Shown: piece after piece, positions 1 to 8,612 of the stretch
Layout of the letters: every line of letters begins with the position of its first letter
How positions within the stretch are numbered: position 1 is the stretch's first letter
DNA from: Acidobacteriota bacterium
GTDB taxonomy: Bacteria; Acidobacteriota; Terriglobia; Terriglobales; Acidobacteriaceae
Assembly: GCA_021846985.1 (NCBI GenBank)
Contig: JAJZVX010000018.1
Span: forward strand, 297 to 64,296
Length of the DNA: 64,000 nt
Reading direction: 5' to 3'
Notes under the pieces: model-generated
Seen by the model: the letters and a program-made list of their open reading frames with translations, nothing else
The model's database searches: none
What the model was told of the DNA's origin: nothing
Program-made: the position numbers and the translations under genes

Positions 1-1081
1 CGTGATGCGCGCGCACGATCGGCGCCACCGGGTACGGAAAGGCCACCTTCTCCAGAATCTCCGCCCCCACCACCGGGTGGATCTTCATCTTCTCGAACTC
101 TTCCGGGGTCAGCCGCCCGGGCTTGTTGATGATGTGATCCGGCACGGCCAGCTTTCCGATGTCGTGCAGCAGCGCCGCCGCCCGCAGCGCGTCCAGCTCC
201 GTCTCGTTCAGTCCCATGTGTCTGGCGATCTCGACCGCGTAGGTGCGCACGCGGTTCAGATGCGAGTGCGTGGTGTGATCCTTGGCGTCGATGGCCAGGG
301 CCAGCCCCTCGATGGTCCGCAGATGCAGCGCGCACACCTCCTCCACATGCCGCTTCTCCGCCTGCACCTGCTGCTCCTCGATCTCCACCCGCCGCTTCTC
401 GTCTTCCAGGCGCCCCAGGTAAAGCTGGTACGAGCGGTAGATCCAGAACATCACGGGCATCACCAGCAGTGCGCTCTCCCACCCGATAAAGCGCATGGAA
501 AAGTGCACCAATCCCACAAACGCCGCGCCCACCAGATAGAACGGCAAGGACCAGAAATAGGTCTCTGACCAGATTTGACGCAGCGAGAGCCGCGCGCACA
601 GCGCAATCACCACCGCCACCAGGATCGTGTTCATCGCAAAGTAAATCAGACCCACGACAAACAGCTCCAGCGGAAGACTATGCTGCAGCAAAAGAGACGA
701 CCATCTATAGGCGAAGTAAGTACAAAAGATGGCTATACAGTTACTTGAGATATTGAAAATAATTTGTACTGGGGCCGGCTTTTGCTTGGTCTTCCAGAGG
801 CATTGCGTCAGGATGCCAGCCGCCCCAATGATCAGCGTCTCGGCCAGCGATAGCTCCATGATCCCCAGCAGCACAAACAGGAAGTGAACCGACAGGGTGC
901 TTTCCATGCCGGGCAGTCTCACCTTCATGGTCGAGGCCGCCACCGCAATTCCTATATAGCAGATAAACTTAAGCGGATCTTCGGATCTCCACCCCAGGAA
1001 CGCGAACACGAGCGCCGCCACGCCACAGGCGATTACCCCGGCAATATACATTTGGGCGCGATTTGGGATCGAAAGGTCCAT
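1..1081 (-). CDS. Membrane-anchored HD-GYP-type phosphohydrolase (probable c-di-GMP phosphodiesterase), 3' end outside window
   Basis: Manual translation from ATG at 1081: MDLSIPNRAQMYIAGVIACG..., several hydrophobic helices, a coiled coil, then LALAIDAKDHTTHSHLNRV...LLHDIGK...KIHPVVGAEILEK...IVRAHH, the HD-GYP pattern. It is not in the ORF track because it runs off the window; the GYP motif itself is not visible. Confidence 0.88.
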   Translation of the reverse strand, partial: MDLSIPNRAQMYIAGVIACGVAALVFAFLGWRSEDPLKFICYIGIAVAASTMKVRLPGMESTLSVHFLFVLLGIMELSLAETLIIGAAGILTQCLWKTKQKPAPVQIIFNISSNCIAIFCTYFAYRWSSLLLQHSLPLELFVVGLIYFAMNTILVAVVIALCARLSLRQIWSETYFWSLPFYLVGAAFVGLVHFSMRFIGWESALLVMPVMFWIYRSYQLYLGRLEDEKRRVEIEEQQVQAEKRHVEEVCALHLRTIEGLALAIDAKDHTTHSHLNRVRTYAVEIARHMGLNETELDALRAAALLHDIGKLAVPDHIINKPGRLTPEEFEKMKIHPVVGAEILEKVAFPYPVAPIVRAHH

Positions 1082-1685
1082 CGGCTCTCCGCGGAGTATC
1101 CATCCGGGGCATCCTTTAACTTACATCCAGGACTAACTCCATCGCGCAGGCGAAGCGCCCTGCCATGCGGCAAACCCTGCTTGCCGAATCGGCGGGAAAC
1201 CGAAGTAGACCGCCCATACAGCGTCGCACGTGGCGCGATGACTGCCTTGGCCCTGCCTGCGCGGATCTATAAGTTATTCTTTGCTAGACCTGCTCCAGGC
1301 TTTCTTCTCCATCCCTCATCGGCACATCGTGTCTGCTCAATAGAAACAAAGGTGGTATTGGCTCTCACCCATTCATTACCCTCTCCATCCCTGCCGTCAC
1401 ACTGTCGGTTACCCCGGATCACCCAAAAGTTGCAAGCGAGTTTCCTAAGCATTTTCCAACCCTCGCCGAAGTGTTCCTTAACTGCATGAGAAATTGCTCA
1501 TCCGGCGCCTTTTCCCATGCAGTCGGGCCCCTTCAGAGCTTTCGGGTGCCTTCGTATTCGCTCGCCTGCCCTGAAAATCCCGGCTAACCTGCGCCGCTCG
1601 CCCCGCGCTTTCCCAAAGAATCCGCCCGGCGCGTCGACGCGGCGACCCCGGCCAGCTTCCCGGAGACCCGGGAGCGATTGAAGGA

Positions 1686-3506
1686 ATGACTATGACAGAA
1701 CGCAAATCGCTTCGAAGCGCTGTGTGGGGACGTTCCGTCCTCGTCGCAGGCGCACTCCTCCTCTTCGCCAGTGCCGCCTTTGCTGGCGGCCGGGGAAAAA
1801 TGGCCCCTGATCTCGCGCGCAAGAACTCTGCCGATCAGGTCGATATCATCGTGCAGTACAACCAGGCGCCCACCTCAGCCCGCCACCAGAGAACCCTGAG
1901 TCATGGCGGAACCTTCCGGCGCAACTTGCCCTATCTGAGAGCAGGCGTTTACCGTCATGTGCCCGCTTCCGCGCTCACTGAAATCGCCAACTATCCCGAT
2001 GTGGCCCACGTCTCCATCGACCATCGAATTCATGCGGCCGGCAACACGCCCATCCTGCTCGACTACCACAACGAAACCATCGGCACGGCCGCCGCGGGCT
2101 CCTATGGTTTCGATGGCACTGGCGTCGGTGTCGCTATTATCGACAGCGGCCTTTCCTCCGTGGACGATCTTGCCAACGCGCACGTCGTTTACAGTCAGGA
2201 CTTTGTCGGCGACAACGGCGGCAGCGCTACCGACCTTTACGGCCATGGCACCCACGTTGCCGGAATCATCGCCGGCGGCGGCCAGGATTCCACCGGTCCG
2301 CAGGATTCCTACACCTTCAAGGGCATCGCCCCCGGCGTCAATCTCATCAACCTCCGCGCCCTCGACGCCAACGGCGACGGAACGGACAGCAACGTCATTG
2401 CCGCTATTCAAACCGCCATCCAGCTCAAGGATACCTACAACATCCGCATCATCAGCCTCTCGGTGGGACGGGGCGTTTTTGAGAGCTACACGCAGGACCC
2501 GCTCTGCCAGGCTGTCGAACAGGCATGGCAGGCTGGCATCCTCGTCGTTGTCGCCGCCGGAAACGAAGGCCGCAACAACTCCGCCAACAACAACGGCTAT
2601 GGAACCATCACCGCCCCCGGCAACGACCCCTACGTCCTTACCGTCGGCGCCATGAACACCCTGGGAACCGCCGATCGCACCGACGACATTCCCACCAGCT
2701 ACACCTCGCGGGGACCCACGCTCTTTGATCAGGTGGTGAAGCCCGATCTCGTGGCCCCCGGCAACCTGATCGTCTCTCTCTACCGGCCCGCTGAGACGCT
2801 GGTGCAGGAACTGCCGAGCAACATCGTCCCTCTCTCCCTTTATCAACCCAACGGTGGCGCCGTTGCCTCGCCCAGCTACTTCATCCTGAGCGGAACCAGC
2901 ATGGCCACGCCGATGGTGAGCGCCGCGGCGGCACTCATGCTGCAACAGAACCCCAGCCTGACCCCTGATCAGATCAAGGCGCGGCTCATGATTACGGCCT
3001 GGAAAAACTTCATTCCGTACAGCACGGCCACTGATCCCACCACGGGCATCACCTATAACCTCGAAGCTGATCTCTTCACGGTCGGCGCCGGCTACCTCGA
3101 CATCCAGGCGGCCTTGAACGACACCGACCTCGCTCCCGCCACTGCCGGCAGCGCCATGTCTCCCTACGCCTCTATCGACGCCAACGGCAACATCGTCATC
3201 GCCAACCGCAGTTCGTCTGCTAGCTCCATCGTCTGGGGCACCAGCATTGTCTGGGGCACCTCGGGCGTCTGGAGCAACAGCATCGTCTGGGGCACCAGCA
3301 TCGTATGGGGCACCAGCACGACGGGCGAATCCATCGTCTGGGGCACCAACACGCTGGCTCCCGACTCCATCGTCTGGGGCACCAGCATCGTCTGGGGCAC
3401 CGGCACCAGCAGTGGCCAGAGCATCGTCTGGGGCACCGGATCCAGTAGCGGCCAGAGCATCGTCTGGGGCACCGATACGGCCCTTGGCGCAACCGACCTT
3501 CCGTAG
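1686..3506 (+). CDS. Secreted S8 (subtilisin/AprX-like) serine peptidase with C-terminal tandem SIVWGT repeats
   Basis: Signal peptide and I9-like prodomain. Catalytic triad motifs GVAIIDSG, YGHGTHVAG and SGTSMATP; oxyanion motif VVAAGN. Confidence 0.95.
   Translation: MTMTERKSLRSAVWGRSVLVAGALLLFASAAFAGGRGKMAPDLARKNSADQVDIIVQYNQAPTSARHQRTLSHGGTFRRNLPYLRAGVYRHVPASALTEIANYPDVAHVSIDHRIHAAGNTPILLDYHNETIGTAAAGSYGFDGTGVGVAIIDSGLSSVDDLANAHVVYSQDFVGDNGGSATDLYGHGTHVAGIIAGGGQDSTGPQDSYTFKGIAPGVNLINLRALDANGDGTDSNVIAAIQTAIQLKDTYNIRIISLSVGRGVFESYTQDPLCQAVEQAWQAGILVVVAAGNEGRNNSANNNGYGTITAPGNDPYVLTVGAMNTLGTADRTDDIPTSYTSRGPTLFDQVVKPDLVAPGNLIVSLYRPAETLVQELPSNIVPLSLYQPNGGAVASPSYFILSGTSMATPMVSAAAALMLQQNPSLTPDQIKARLMITAWKNFIPYSTATDPTTGITYNLEADLFTVGAGYLDIQAALNDTDLAPATAGSAMSPYASIDANGNIVIANRSSSASSIVWGTSIVWGTSGVWSNSIVWGTSIVWGTSTTGESIVWGTNTLAPDSIVWGTSIVWGTGTSSGQSIVWGTGSSSGQSIVWGTDTALGATDLP
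3225..3473 (+). repeat. Coding tandem repeat: 9 exact SIVWGT hexapeptides plus 1 degenerate (SGVWSN), with short S/T/G-rich spacers
   Basis: Read directly from the translation. DNA unit is (tcc/agc)at(c/t)gt(c/a)tggggcacc, with synonymous variation. Confidence 0.97.
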
Positions 3507-3525
3507 CCCACCTTACCCCGTAGGC

Positions 3526-3562
3526 GAAGGGCCGGCCGCGTCAACAGCGCGGCCGGCCTTTC
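3526..3562 (+). terminator. Probable intrinsic terminator after the S8 gene
   Basis: GAAGGGCCGGCCGCG-tcaacag-CGCGGCCGGCCTTTC, a 15-bp stem (one G-U pair) ending in a short T run. Confidence 0.7.
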
Positions 3563-3690
3563 GTAGGACTCCCGAATCTCCGCTCCACATCCTGCCGCTT
3601 TGTTGCTATCCTCTACTCTTGCTCCCGTCGGCAGGCTCTTTCGGCCCGCTGTTGTTTGCGCGCCGCTGTCGACACATCGCCAGAAGAGAG

Positions 3691-5091
3691 ATGCAAGCCG
3701 ACCCATCCCGCTCCGGTTCCGCGCTGCCCGGTCTCCCTCCGCACCCGGATGCCGGCCCATTCCGCCTCCTCGACACCATCGCCGAAACTGGGCATGGCAT
3801 CCTCTACCGCGCCGAACGCGCCCACGACTTCACCCAGGCCGTCGCCGTCAAACTTCCGCGCCTCCAACCGTCTGACGGCGCCGTTGCGCTCCAGGCCGCC
3901 ACCGACCGCCTGCGCGACGAACAGCGCTCTCTCGCCCCGCTCCAGCACCCCGCCATCGCCGCTCTCGTCGATGCCTCCTTTGATGCCCGGCCCCTGCCCT
4001 GGCTAGCCGTCGAATACATCGAGGGTCTGCCCCTCGACCGGTATTGCGCACTCGAGCGCCTCGGCCTGCGCCAGCGCATCGCGCTGGTCTGCGCCGTTCT
4101 TGCCGCCCTGGATCACGCCCACCAGCGCCTCGTGGTGCACGGCGATCTGAACTTCAGCCGCATCCTCATTGACCGCGACGGCCTTCCCCATCTTGTTGGT
4201 TTCCGGCCCTCTCGCGAACTGCTGCACCCTCCCGGCGCTGAGGATCTTTCATTTGTCTCTCCCGAGAGCCTGGCCGGCCAGCCGCTTACCACTGCGACCG
4301 ACATCTATACCGCCGGTCTCCTGCTCTGCCTTCTGCTCACCGGCAAGCATCCTTTCGAGCAAGATCGCGGCGACTCCCGGCGCTGGGCTCACGCCATTCT
4401 CTGTTTGCCTCCTGCACGGCCCAGCTCGCTTTGCTCCGGCGCTCTCGGCCGCAGCGTTCGCGGCGATCTCGACGCCATCCTCCTGCGCGCGTTGGCCCCG
4501 CTCCCCGCCGCCCGCTACGCCACTGCCGGCGCCTTTGCCGAGGATCTGCAGGCCTTTCTCCACGGCCTGCCCGTGGAAGCACGCAACGGAGGTCCGCTCT
4601 ACCGGCTGCGGCGCTTTGCCGCGCGCAACCGGTTGCTATCCTCCGCCGCTGCGCTTCTCCTGCTCGTGCTTCTTGCTTCCGCGGCCGTGGTGGCTCGCCA
4701 GGGCATCCAGGCCCGCCGCGCCCGCATCCAGGCGCAGGCCCGCCTCCACGACATGCAGCGCCTCACCGGATCTCTCCTCGGGCAGTTCTCTTCCGATCTC
4801 GACCGTCTTCCGGGTTCCGCACCCGTTGAGAATCTCCTCCTTGCGCGCGCCGGCCAAACCATGGATCAGCTCGCCCGGCAGGCCGGCAACGACGCTGTTC
4901 TTCGTCAGGAGATCGCCCGGGAGTATCTGCGCCTGGGCCAGCTGCTGCTGCGTGAGGGCGATGCCGCCGCGGCGCAGGCCGCGGCGCGCAAGGGCCTTGA
5001 CGTCCTGCAGCCTCTGCCCGCCTCGCGGCGCGCCGCCGCGCCTGTCCAGGGCATTGCCGAGCAACTCGTCCGGCTGCGTGATGGCCGCTGA
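3691..5091 (+). CDS. Ser/Thr kinase-like pseudokinase with TM helix and short TPR-like tail
   Basis: ATG at 3691 after AGAAGAGAG. The kinase fold is recognisable (VAVK, VEYIEG, SPE, TDIY), but the Gly loop reads IAETGHG, the catalytic loop HGDLNFSR, and DFG is replaced by VGF. TM segment LLSSAAALLLLVLLASAAVVA. Confidence 0.85.
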   Translation: MQADPSRSGSALPGLPPHPDAGPFRLLDTIAETGHGILYRAERAHDFTQAVAVKLPRLQPSDGAVALQAATDRLRDEQRSLAPLQHPAIAALVDASFDARPLPWLAVEYIEGLPLDRYCALERLGLRQRIALVCAVLAALDHAHQRLVVHGDLNFSRILIDRDGLPHLVGFRPSRELLHPPGAEDLSFVSPESLAGQPLTTATDIYTAGLLLCLLLTGKHPFEQDRGDSRRWAHAILCLPPARPSSLCSGALGRSVRGDLDAILLRALAPLPAARYATAGAFAEDLQAFLHGLPVEARNGGPLYRLRRFAARNRLLSSAAALLLLVLLASAAVVARQGIQARRARIQAQARLHDMQRLTGSLLGQFSSDLDRLPGSAPVENLLLARAGQTMDQLARQAGNDAVLRQEIAREYLRLGQLLLREGDAAAAQAAARKGLDVLQPLPASRRAAAPVQGIAEQLVRLRDGR

Positions 5092-5171
5092 CAGCTCTCT
5101 CCTTCGCCTGTTTCCGGAAACTCACGCCGCAAGGGCATCCCCGAGCAGGCGTATCCTTACCCGCGCCGCCG

Positions 5172-7832
5172 TCACTGCCCCCCGTGCAGGCTCCTCAATA
5201 GACTCTCTGCGCCGCGCCGGATTCGCCTTCCGGCCTGCATTCCCAGGATCTTCGTCACCGAAGCCCGCGCCGCCGCCGTCTCATGACAGGCCGCCTGCGC
5301 CCGCGCCAGCGTCAACAAAAACTCCGGATCAGAGCCGTGAATCAGCGCCACGGCCCGCGACGAAAACGCCAGCGCCCGGCGCGGATCGCGCAGGCCCTTG
5401 ACTTGTGCGTCCAGCAGGTACATCGCCGCGCTGTCCAGATCGTCCGGCGAGGCTTCCGCGCTCTGCGCCAGTTGCAGCGAGAGCGCCAGGCCCTTACGCT
5501 CGTGCTCCTCTGCCTGCGCCGTCTGCTTCAGTCGTTCTTCCACACGAGCCCGCGCGATCAGAGTTTCCGCATAGTGCTCCTGCCAGATGCGATTGCCCGG
5601 GTCGCTCCGCAGCGCGGTGGTGAGCACTTCCGTCAGCCGCTCGTAGTCCCGCTGCGCCGCATTCCAATCCGACAGCGCCTCGTGGCTCTCGCCCTCGTCC
5701 AGGTAGATGCTCGCCATGTCCTGCTTCAGGCGCATGTCCAGCGGATCCTTTTCCGCATAAGACCCCATCACCTGCCGCGCCTGTTCCAGTTCCTTCAGGG
5801 ATTCCCTGAACTTGCCTTCGTAAAAATAGCAGTCGCCCAGTTTCTGGCGCACCACGCCCCGCAGCCGCTTGATCGAAACCGGCGCGTTTGGAATGCGCCC
5901 CAGCATCGCCAGCGCCTCTTCATATTGCTTCTGCGCCGTCTCGGGCTGCGCCTCGCTCAGCAGGTTGGCGATCTTGATGTCTCCCAAGGCAATCGACCGC
6001 ACCGCCCGCGTATCCTGCGCGTTCCGCGCCAGCGCCGCCCGGCTTTGCCCGATGGCTCGCTGGTAGTTCTCGATTGCCTTGTCCGTATCCCCAAGGCTCG
6101 ACGCTCCGTGCAATCCATACTCGTCGCCCATCAGCGCATACAGCGTCGCTGCTTCGTGCAAATCGGCGGGCTCGGCCCCTGGCGCGCTCAGCAGCTTTTC
6201 GCAAAGCGCCGCCGCCGCCCGCGCATGGTCCAGCGCCTGCTTCGTCTGCCCGTCGCCAAACTCGATCTCGCTCAGGCTGCGCTGGGCAAACTCCGCGTGC
6301 CGCAGCGCCCGGGCATCGTCCGGATGCAGGCGCAGCGCATCTTCCGCAATCGAAATCGCCCGCTCCACCGAACGGATCGCCTCCGGCGCCTCTCCCAGGT
6401 TGTCCTGGTAAGGACTGCCCATCACGTTGCCCATCCGCGTGTACGCATTCGCCAGGTCGAGCTCAAAGTCGAAATCGCCCCGCGCGTTCTGCGCCATCCC
6501 GTCCAAAAACTCCAGCGCCTCCGCCGCCACTTTGCGTTGCGTCTCCGTTGCTCCCGGCACTTCGCCCAGGCGGTCGTAGAAGTCCGTCACCAGAAATGTC
6601 GCCAGCAGCCGCACATTCCGCATCTCTTCGCGCGCCCGCAGCTCCTCGCCGCGTGCCGTCCTCGCGGCCCGCAGCGAGATGTCCGCGCCGGCCGCCAGCA
6701 CCGCCAGCAGTGCGGCGCCGGCCACCACCCGCTCCCGGTTGCGCCGCAGCAGCTTCCACGCCCGGTAAAGCCGCGCCGTCTTCCGTGCCCGCACCGGCCG
6801 ATGCTCCATCCACCGCTGCAGTTCCGCCGCCAGCTCCGTGACCGTTGCGTAGCGACCCTCCGGCTCGGCGCGCATTGCCTTGCCCGCAATGGCCCGCAGA
6901 TCCTCGTCTTCGATCTCCGCCCAATCCGCGGAGGCTGTCTCTTCGCCGGCCGCGCCGGTTCTGAAGGCGAGTGTTGTCGCCGCCGCTGGAACATGGCCCG
7001 TCAGCAGCCGGTAGAGCGCCACGCCCAGCGAATAAACATCTGACGCCGCCGTGCATGGCTCCCCCCGCCTCTGCTCCGGGCTGGCGTACTGCGGCGTAAA
7101 GGCCGCCATCGGCGCCGCCTGTTCTTCTCCGCCCGCCAGCAGAGTGGCGGCGCCAAAGTCCAGCAGCTTCACTTGCCCATCCGCGGTCACCAGCACATTC
7201 CCGGGCTTCAGGTCGCCGTGCAGAATGCGGTTCCGGTGCGCATAGGCCACCGCGTCACACAGATCCAGGAACAGGCGCGCGATCTCGCGCGCACGCAAGC
7301 CCGCGCGCTCGCAGTATTGGTCCAGCCGCTCGCCGCGGATGTACTCCATCACAAAGTACGGCTCGCCCTCATCGCTCACGCCGCCGTCGAGCAGGCGTGC
7401 AATGTGTGCATGCCGCAGCACCGCCAGCGCCCGCCGCTCCTCCAGGAAGCGCTCCTGCAACTGCGGGGAGTAGAGCCGCGTCCCCACCACCTTCAGCGCC
7501 ACCTGCTCGTCGTCGCCGCCCGCGCCCGAGGCGCGTACGGCCGCGTACACGGCCCCCATTCCGCCGCGCCCAATGAGCGCAACCACCCGGTAGCTGCCCA
7601 GCGTCCTTCCCATGCAGGGATGCGCCGCCGTCTTCCGCGCGCCTTCCGGCGGGCGTTCCACCTCTTGCGCTGAGGCCACCAGCGACAGGACATCCTCAGC
7701 CAGGCTCGCATCCTCGCCGCACCAGGCCCGCACGCTGGCCGTGCGTTCCTCCGCCGTGCCCTCCAGATCCAAAGCGCGGTGAAAGATCTCTTCCACCCGC
7801 CGCCAGCGATCCGCCGCCTCCGCGTCCATCAT
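5172..7832 (-). CDS. Hanks-type Ser/Thr protein kinase with N-terminal helical domain, TM segment and C-terminal TPR-like repeats
   Basis: Intact motifs IGRGGMGAVY, VALK, HGDLKPGN, DFG and TPQYASPE; long alpha-helical repeat C-terminus. Confidence 0.93.
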   Translation of the reverse strand: MMDAEAADRWRRVEEIFHRALDLEGTAEERTASVRAWCGEDASLAEDVLSLVASAQEVERPPEGARKTAAHPCMGRTLGSYRVVALIGRGGMGAVYAAVRASGAGGDDEQVALKVVGTRLYSPQLQERFLEERRALAVLRHAHIARLLDGGVSDEGEPYFVMEYIRGERLDQYCERAGLRAREIARLFLDLCDAVAYAHRNRILHGDLKPGNVLVTADGQVKLLDFGAATLLAGGEEQAAPMAAFTPQYASPEQRRGEPCTAASDVYSLGVALYRLLTGHVPAAATTLAFRTGAAGEETASADWAEIEDEDLRAIAGKAMRAEPEGRYATVTELAAELQRWMEHRPVRARKTARLYRAWKLLRRNRERVVAGAALLAVLAAGADISLRAARTARGEELRAREEMRNVRLLATFLVTDFYDRLGEVPGATETQRKVAAEALEFLDGMAQNARGDFDFELDLANAYTRMGNVMGSPYQDNLGEAPEAIRSVERAISIAEDALRLHPDDARALRHAEFAQRSLSEIEFGDGQTKQALDHARAAAALCEKLLSAPGAEPADLHEAATLYALMGDEYGLHGASSLGDTDKAIENYQRAIGQSRAALARNAQDTRAVRSIALGDIKIANLLSEAQPETAQKQYEEALAMLGRIPNAPVSIKRLRGVVRQKLGDCYFYEGKFRESLKELEQARQVMGSYAEKDPLDMRLKQDMASIYLDEGESHEALSDWNAAQRDYERLTEVLTTALRSDPGNRIWQEHYAETLIARARVEERLKQTAQAEEHERKGLALSLQLAQSAEASPDDLDSAAMYLLDAQVKGLRDPRRALAFSSRAVALIHGSDPEFLLTLARAQAACHETAAARASVTKILGMQAGRRIRRGAESLLRSLHGGQ

Positions 7833-8413
7833 GCCCAGCTCGCCGCACCCGACAATTCCCGGTACAGCCAGCTCCGCGCAAAGCGCAGGTCCCGCTCCGC
7901 GGTCGCCGTTGAAATTCCCAGCGCCTCCGCCGCTTCTCCGGTCGTAAAGGACAGAAAAAAGCGCATCTCAATCAGCCGCGCCTTCCGCGCATCCACGGCC
8001 TCCAGCCGCTCCAGTGCCCGGTTCAGGTCCACGATCCGCTCCGCCTCCGCCCCGATGAACGCCATGTCGTCGGAAAGTTCCATGCGGATCCACTCGCTCC
8101 CTCCGCGGTGCTTGGCCAGCCGCGCCCGCGCATAATCCGTAAGGATGTTGCGCATCAGCATGGCTGCAAACGTATAGAAGTGTTCGCGGTCGTTCCAGCT
8201 TGCTTTCTTCTGCCGCACCAGGCGCAGATACACCTCGTTCAGCAGCGCCGTTGGTTGCAGCGTATGGTCCTCCCGCTCGCGGCGCATCAGCCCCATGGCA
8301 ATCCGGTGCAGTTGTTCGTAGATCAGCGGAGCCAGGCTCTCGAAGGCCGCGGCATCGCCCTCGTGCCAGCGTTGCAGCAGTTGGGTAATTTCACCTTGCT
8401 TTTCTGGACTCAT
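7829..8413 (-). CDS. ECF sigma factor of the kinase-associated type (TIGR02999/ECF43-like)
   Basis: MSPEKQGEITQLLQRW...DHTLQPTALLNEVYLRL...HFYTFAAMLMRNILTDYAR...KHRGG. Its stop overlaps the kinase ATG (ATGA). Start placed at ATG 8413 rather than 8557. Confidence 0.93.
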   Translation of the reverse strand: MSPEKQGEITQLLQRWHEGDAAAFESLAPLIYEQLHRIAMGLMRREREDHTLQPTALLNEVYLRLVRQKKASWNDREHFYTFAAMLMRNILTDYARARLAKHRGGSEWIRMELSDDMAFIGAEAERIVDLNRALERLEAVDARKARLIEMRFFLSFTTGEAAEALGISTATAERDLRFARSWLYRELSGAASWA

Positions 8414-8612
8414 GGCGGGGTTTTGAGTGCCTTTAGTATGCAGGAATCCGGCTGGCCTTGCCAAAGCCTTTGTTGCGGCTTGCTTCCCTTTGACCAAAAA
8501 CCTCTTCCCCGTGAGGGAGTTTTCCCGCTTTTGCCGCTGTACTGGGCAAACGGCCACGCCGCCACCCCCGGCGGCGAGGCGTCAACGTCAGGCGCTGGGA
8601 GTGAGAAATCAC

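Noticed and set aside
1168-1205. c-di-GMP-I (GEMM) riboswitch suggested by GGCAAACC near the HD-GYP gene
   Set aside because: The GAAA tetraloop and the downstream GGGACGCAAAGC-type consensus are absent.
3225-3473. Repeat-spacer pattern as a CRISPR array
   Set aside because: Units are about 18 bp, in frame in a CDS, vary at synonymous positions, and have spacers of 0-18 bp; no cas genes are present.
3220-3492. Cys-rich CPRRC-repeat ORF on the minus strand (possible RiPP or metallothionein)
   Set aside because: It is the antisense shadow of the SIVWGT codons; no independent coding signal.
3247-3690. N-terminal extension of the pseudokinase ORF given in the track
   Set aside because: It overlaps the S8 tail in another frame and crosses a terminator; ATG 3691 has a purine-rich RBS.
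8108-8612. First half of the 349-aa ORF 8108-9157
   Set aside because: It is antisense to the ECF sigma and its upstream region; only the part after about 8710 shows real protein motifs.
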